Below, in pieces: positions 62,220 to 64,000 of a stretch of DNA of 64,000 bases; position 1 is the first letter of the stretch, and each line of letters opens with the position of its first letter. The stretch covers positions 10,356,001 to 10,420,000 of the forward strand of contig NC_087252.1 in assembly GCF_037042905.1 (NCBI RefSeq), written 5' to 3'. Source of the DNA: Lytechinus pictus (Eukaryota). Under the pieces are notes generated by a model. It had not been told where the DNA came from. It saw only the letters and a list, made by a program, of their open reading frames with translations, and made no database searches. Made by a program: the position numbers and the translations under genes.

Positions 62220-62669
62220 GCAAGATACTTCATGCGAGAGACTGGGTACACCAAAACCCTGGTGTATGAGATCAACGACCTTGCCTTCATGATAACGTTC
62301 TTCGTCTGCCGAATGGGGATCGGTACCTTCTTCATCTACTCCTATCTGCGGCATCCCGCGCCCCTCTTCATCTTCCGGGTCGGTTCCATTGGCCTCTACA
62401 TTGTCAGCTTGATCTTCATGTATGGTATAGCTCGTCTTGCCGTTAGGAAGTATGGGGGATTCCTCAAGAGGTTGGTGGGGGCGGGGAAGTCCCACGCCAA
62501 GGTTAGGAATGGTGATGCTTCAAAGCAGGTCACTCGGGTCACAGGAGGTCAAGTGAAAGGGGTCACGGAAGGTCAGCAGGTCACAGGAGGTCCGGTCAAA
62601 GAAGCGCCGGAAGGCCAGGGAAGTATGCAACTCAATGGGCATGCAAACGATCATGAACATACGGATTAG
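62220..62669 (+). CDS. TLCD5: TLCD5 coding exon 3 (spliced product 302 aa)
   Basis: ARYFMRETG...FFVCRMG...LYIVSLIFM; cattcacag acceptor, phase 0, TAG stop; 238+221+450=909 nt. Confidence 0.93.
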   Translation, partial: ARYFMRETGYTKTLVYEINDLAFMITFFVCRMGIGTFFIYSYLRHPAPLFIFRVGSIGLYIVSLIFMYGIARLAVRKYGGFLKRLVGAGKSHAKVRNGDASKQVTRVTGGQVKGVTEGQQVTGGPVKEAPEGQGSMQLNGHANDHEHTD

Positions 62670-62777
62670 TATTTATTATGGATCAATAGGTGTGCATTGC
62701 TCAAGATGTGCAATGGTAGATATAATGAAATATTCCATATATTTGTGAGAACCAGAATAGTGTGATAGGAAGGTTCC

Positions 62778-63632
62778 GGGCACCATATCATGAACCTTGT
62801 CAGAACTGACAAGTTGTCATCCTCTGACATTTACAATAGTAACAGTCAGAGATAGGTGCTTGTCAGCCAATTACAAACTCACGATTCCACTGAAATTCAG
62901 AAAAGCTGACAATTAAGTCGCTGGTGCCAACTTTCATGAAGCACCTCTTGATTTGTCTGCAGTTTCATGAAGCAGGCTCCATGGGAACATTTTATGAAGG
63001 GTCTTTTCAGTCATTTGCTCTTAGCCAGTCAGAGACAAGGATTGCAGTAGCTTATAGCAGTTTTCATTAAAAAATTTATTTCATGAAATTCTCCCCTGCA
63101 CCCCTTTTGCTTCAGATCTCTGAATTCTCAGTTTGGAGGAAGGAATATCAATTCAGTCTACTGTAATCCATTTTGATATGCCCTTTGTCTTTTTCTTGAT
63201 AATTCCTCTCTTTGCTCCATATTAAGAAATGCTTTCCCTTTCCTAAGTCAGGTTATTCCTTGTTGTTAACATATTTGATGTCTTCATCTTTAAAATATCA
63301 GGGGTCCGTTTTATAAAGGACTTGCAACTGCTGTAACTTTGCCATAATCGCAACTACCATGGTAACAGGGTTTCAGCAGCCAATCAAAATCAAGGTTACC
63401 ATGGTAGTTTTGCCATAATGGCAAAGTTACAACAGTTGCAAGTCCTTTATGAAAAGGACCCCAGGTGGGTGTTTCATAAAAGTTGTCAGCACTGACTAAA
63501 TTGTCAGTGCTGACAATTTCAGTGAAATCCTTGGTTTTGATTGGCTGACAGGCACTGGCCTCTGACTGTTACTATGGTAACTGTCGGAGAAAGACAGTTG
63601 TCAGTGCTGACAACTTTCATGAAACGGTCCCC
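62778..63632. mobile_element. Cluster of four Harbinger-like hairpin MITEs downstream of the TLCD5 stop
   Basis: GTTTCATAAA/TTTATGAAAC-type TIRs and central AGCCAATCA motif; clearest copies at about 63301-63461 and 63465-63631. Confidence 0.7.
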
Positions 63633-63767
63633 TGGTTTCTGACATCAATGTGACAATCCAAGTACTGTTTTCAAGTTGCGTTTTAGTGTTTGGGGTATGG
63701 GTGTTTCACAAATAAGCATGTGCTATTTAAAGTGAAAACATGCATAATTACACATGATACCTAACAC

Positions 63768-63980
63768 TGGTACGTGACATTTGCTCCGATGGAAAATCTG
63801 CACGTTAAGCCACCAAAACTAAATAAACCCAGTCCTCATCTTTACATTATTTTGAACCAAAAACTCTTATTGCAACGCTAACTCTAACCCTATGCCCCCC
63901 TGAGATATTAAGACAGGAGCAAATGTCGCAGGAGCAATTGACGCAGGAGCAAATGTCGCAGGAGCAAATGTCGTGTCACC
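63768..63980. mobile_element. MITE with GGAGCAAATGTCGCA subrepeats
   Basis: GTGACATTTGCTCC...GGAGCAAATGTCGTGTCACC; degenerate copy at about 56040-56207. Confidence 0.65.
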
Positions 63981-64000
63981 ATATTACACAGCAATTCGCC

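Overview
AT-rich, intron-containing eukaryotic DNA with dense transposon content; the repeat style suggests a deuterostome invertebrate, probably a sea urchin (inference). Three gene models: (1) two short terminal exons of an unidentified + strand gene (4893-4961, 8544-8624); (2) a multi-exon minus-strand gasdermin (GSDME/pejvakin-like pore-forming N-domain, ATG at 22762, exons down to about 12.3-13.0 kb) with no helical autoinhibitory C-domain, a duplicated exon pair, a disrupted hydrophobic exon, and lesions that may make it a pseudogene; (3) a complete three-coding-exon TLCD5/TMEM136 gene (56254-62669). Between them lie nested mobile elements: a 9-kb Academ-like TIR element 93 bp upstream of the gasdermin ATG, two CR1/L2-group LINEs, an L1/Tx1 3' fragment, a young non-autonomous LTR element encoding an intact 873-aa pseudo-protease/repeat protein, a Transib element with RSS-like ends, and many MITEs. 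All family assignments come from manual motif recognition, not database searches.
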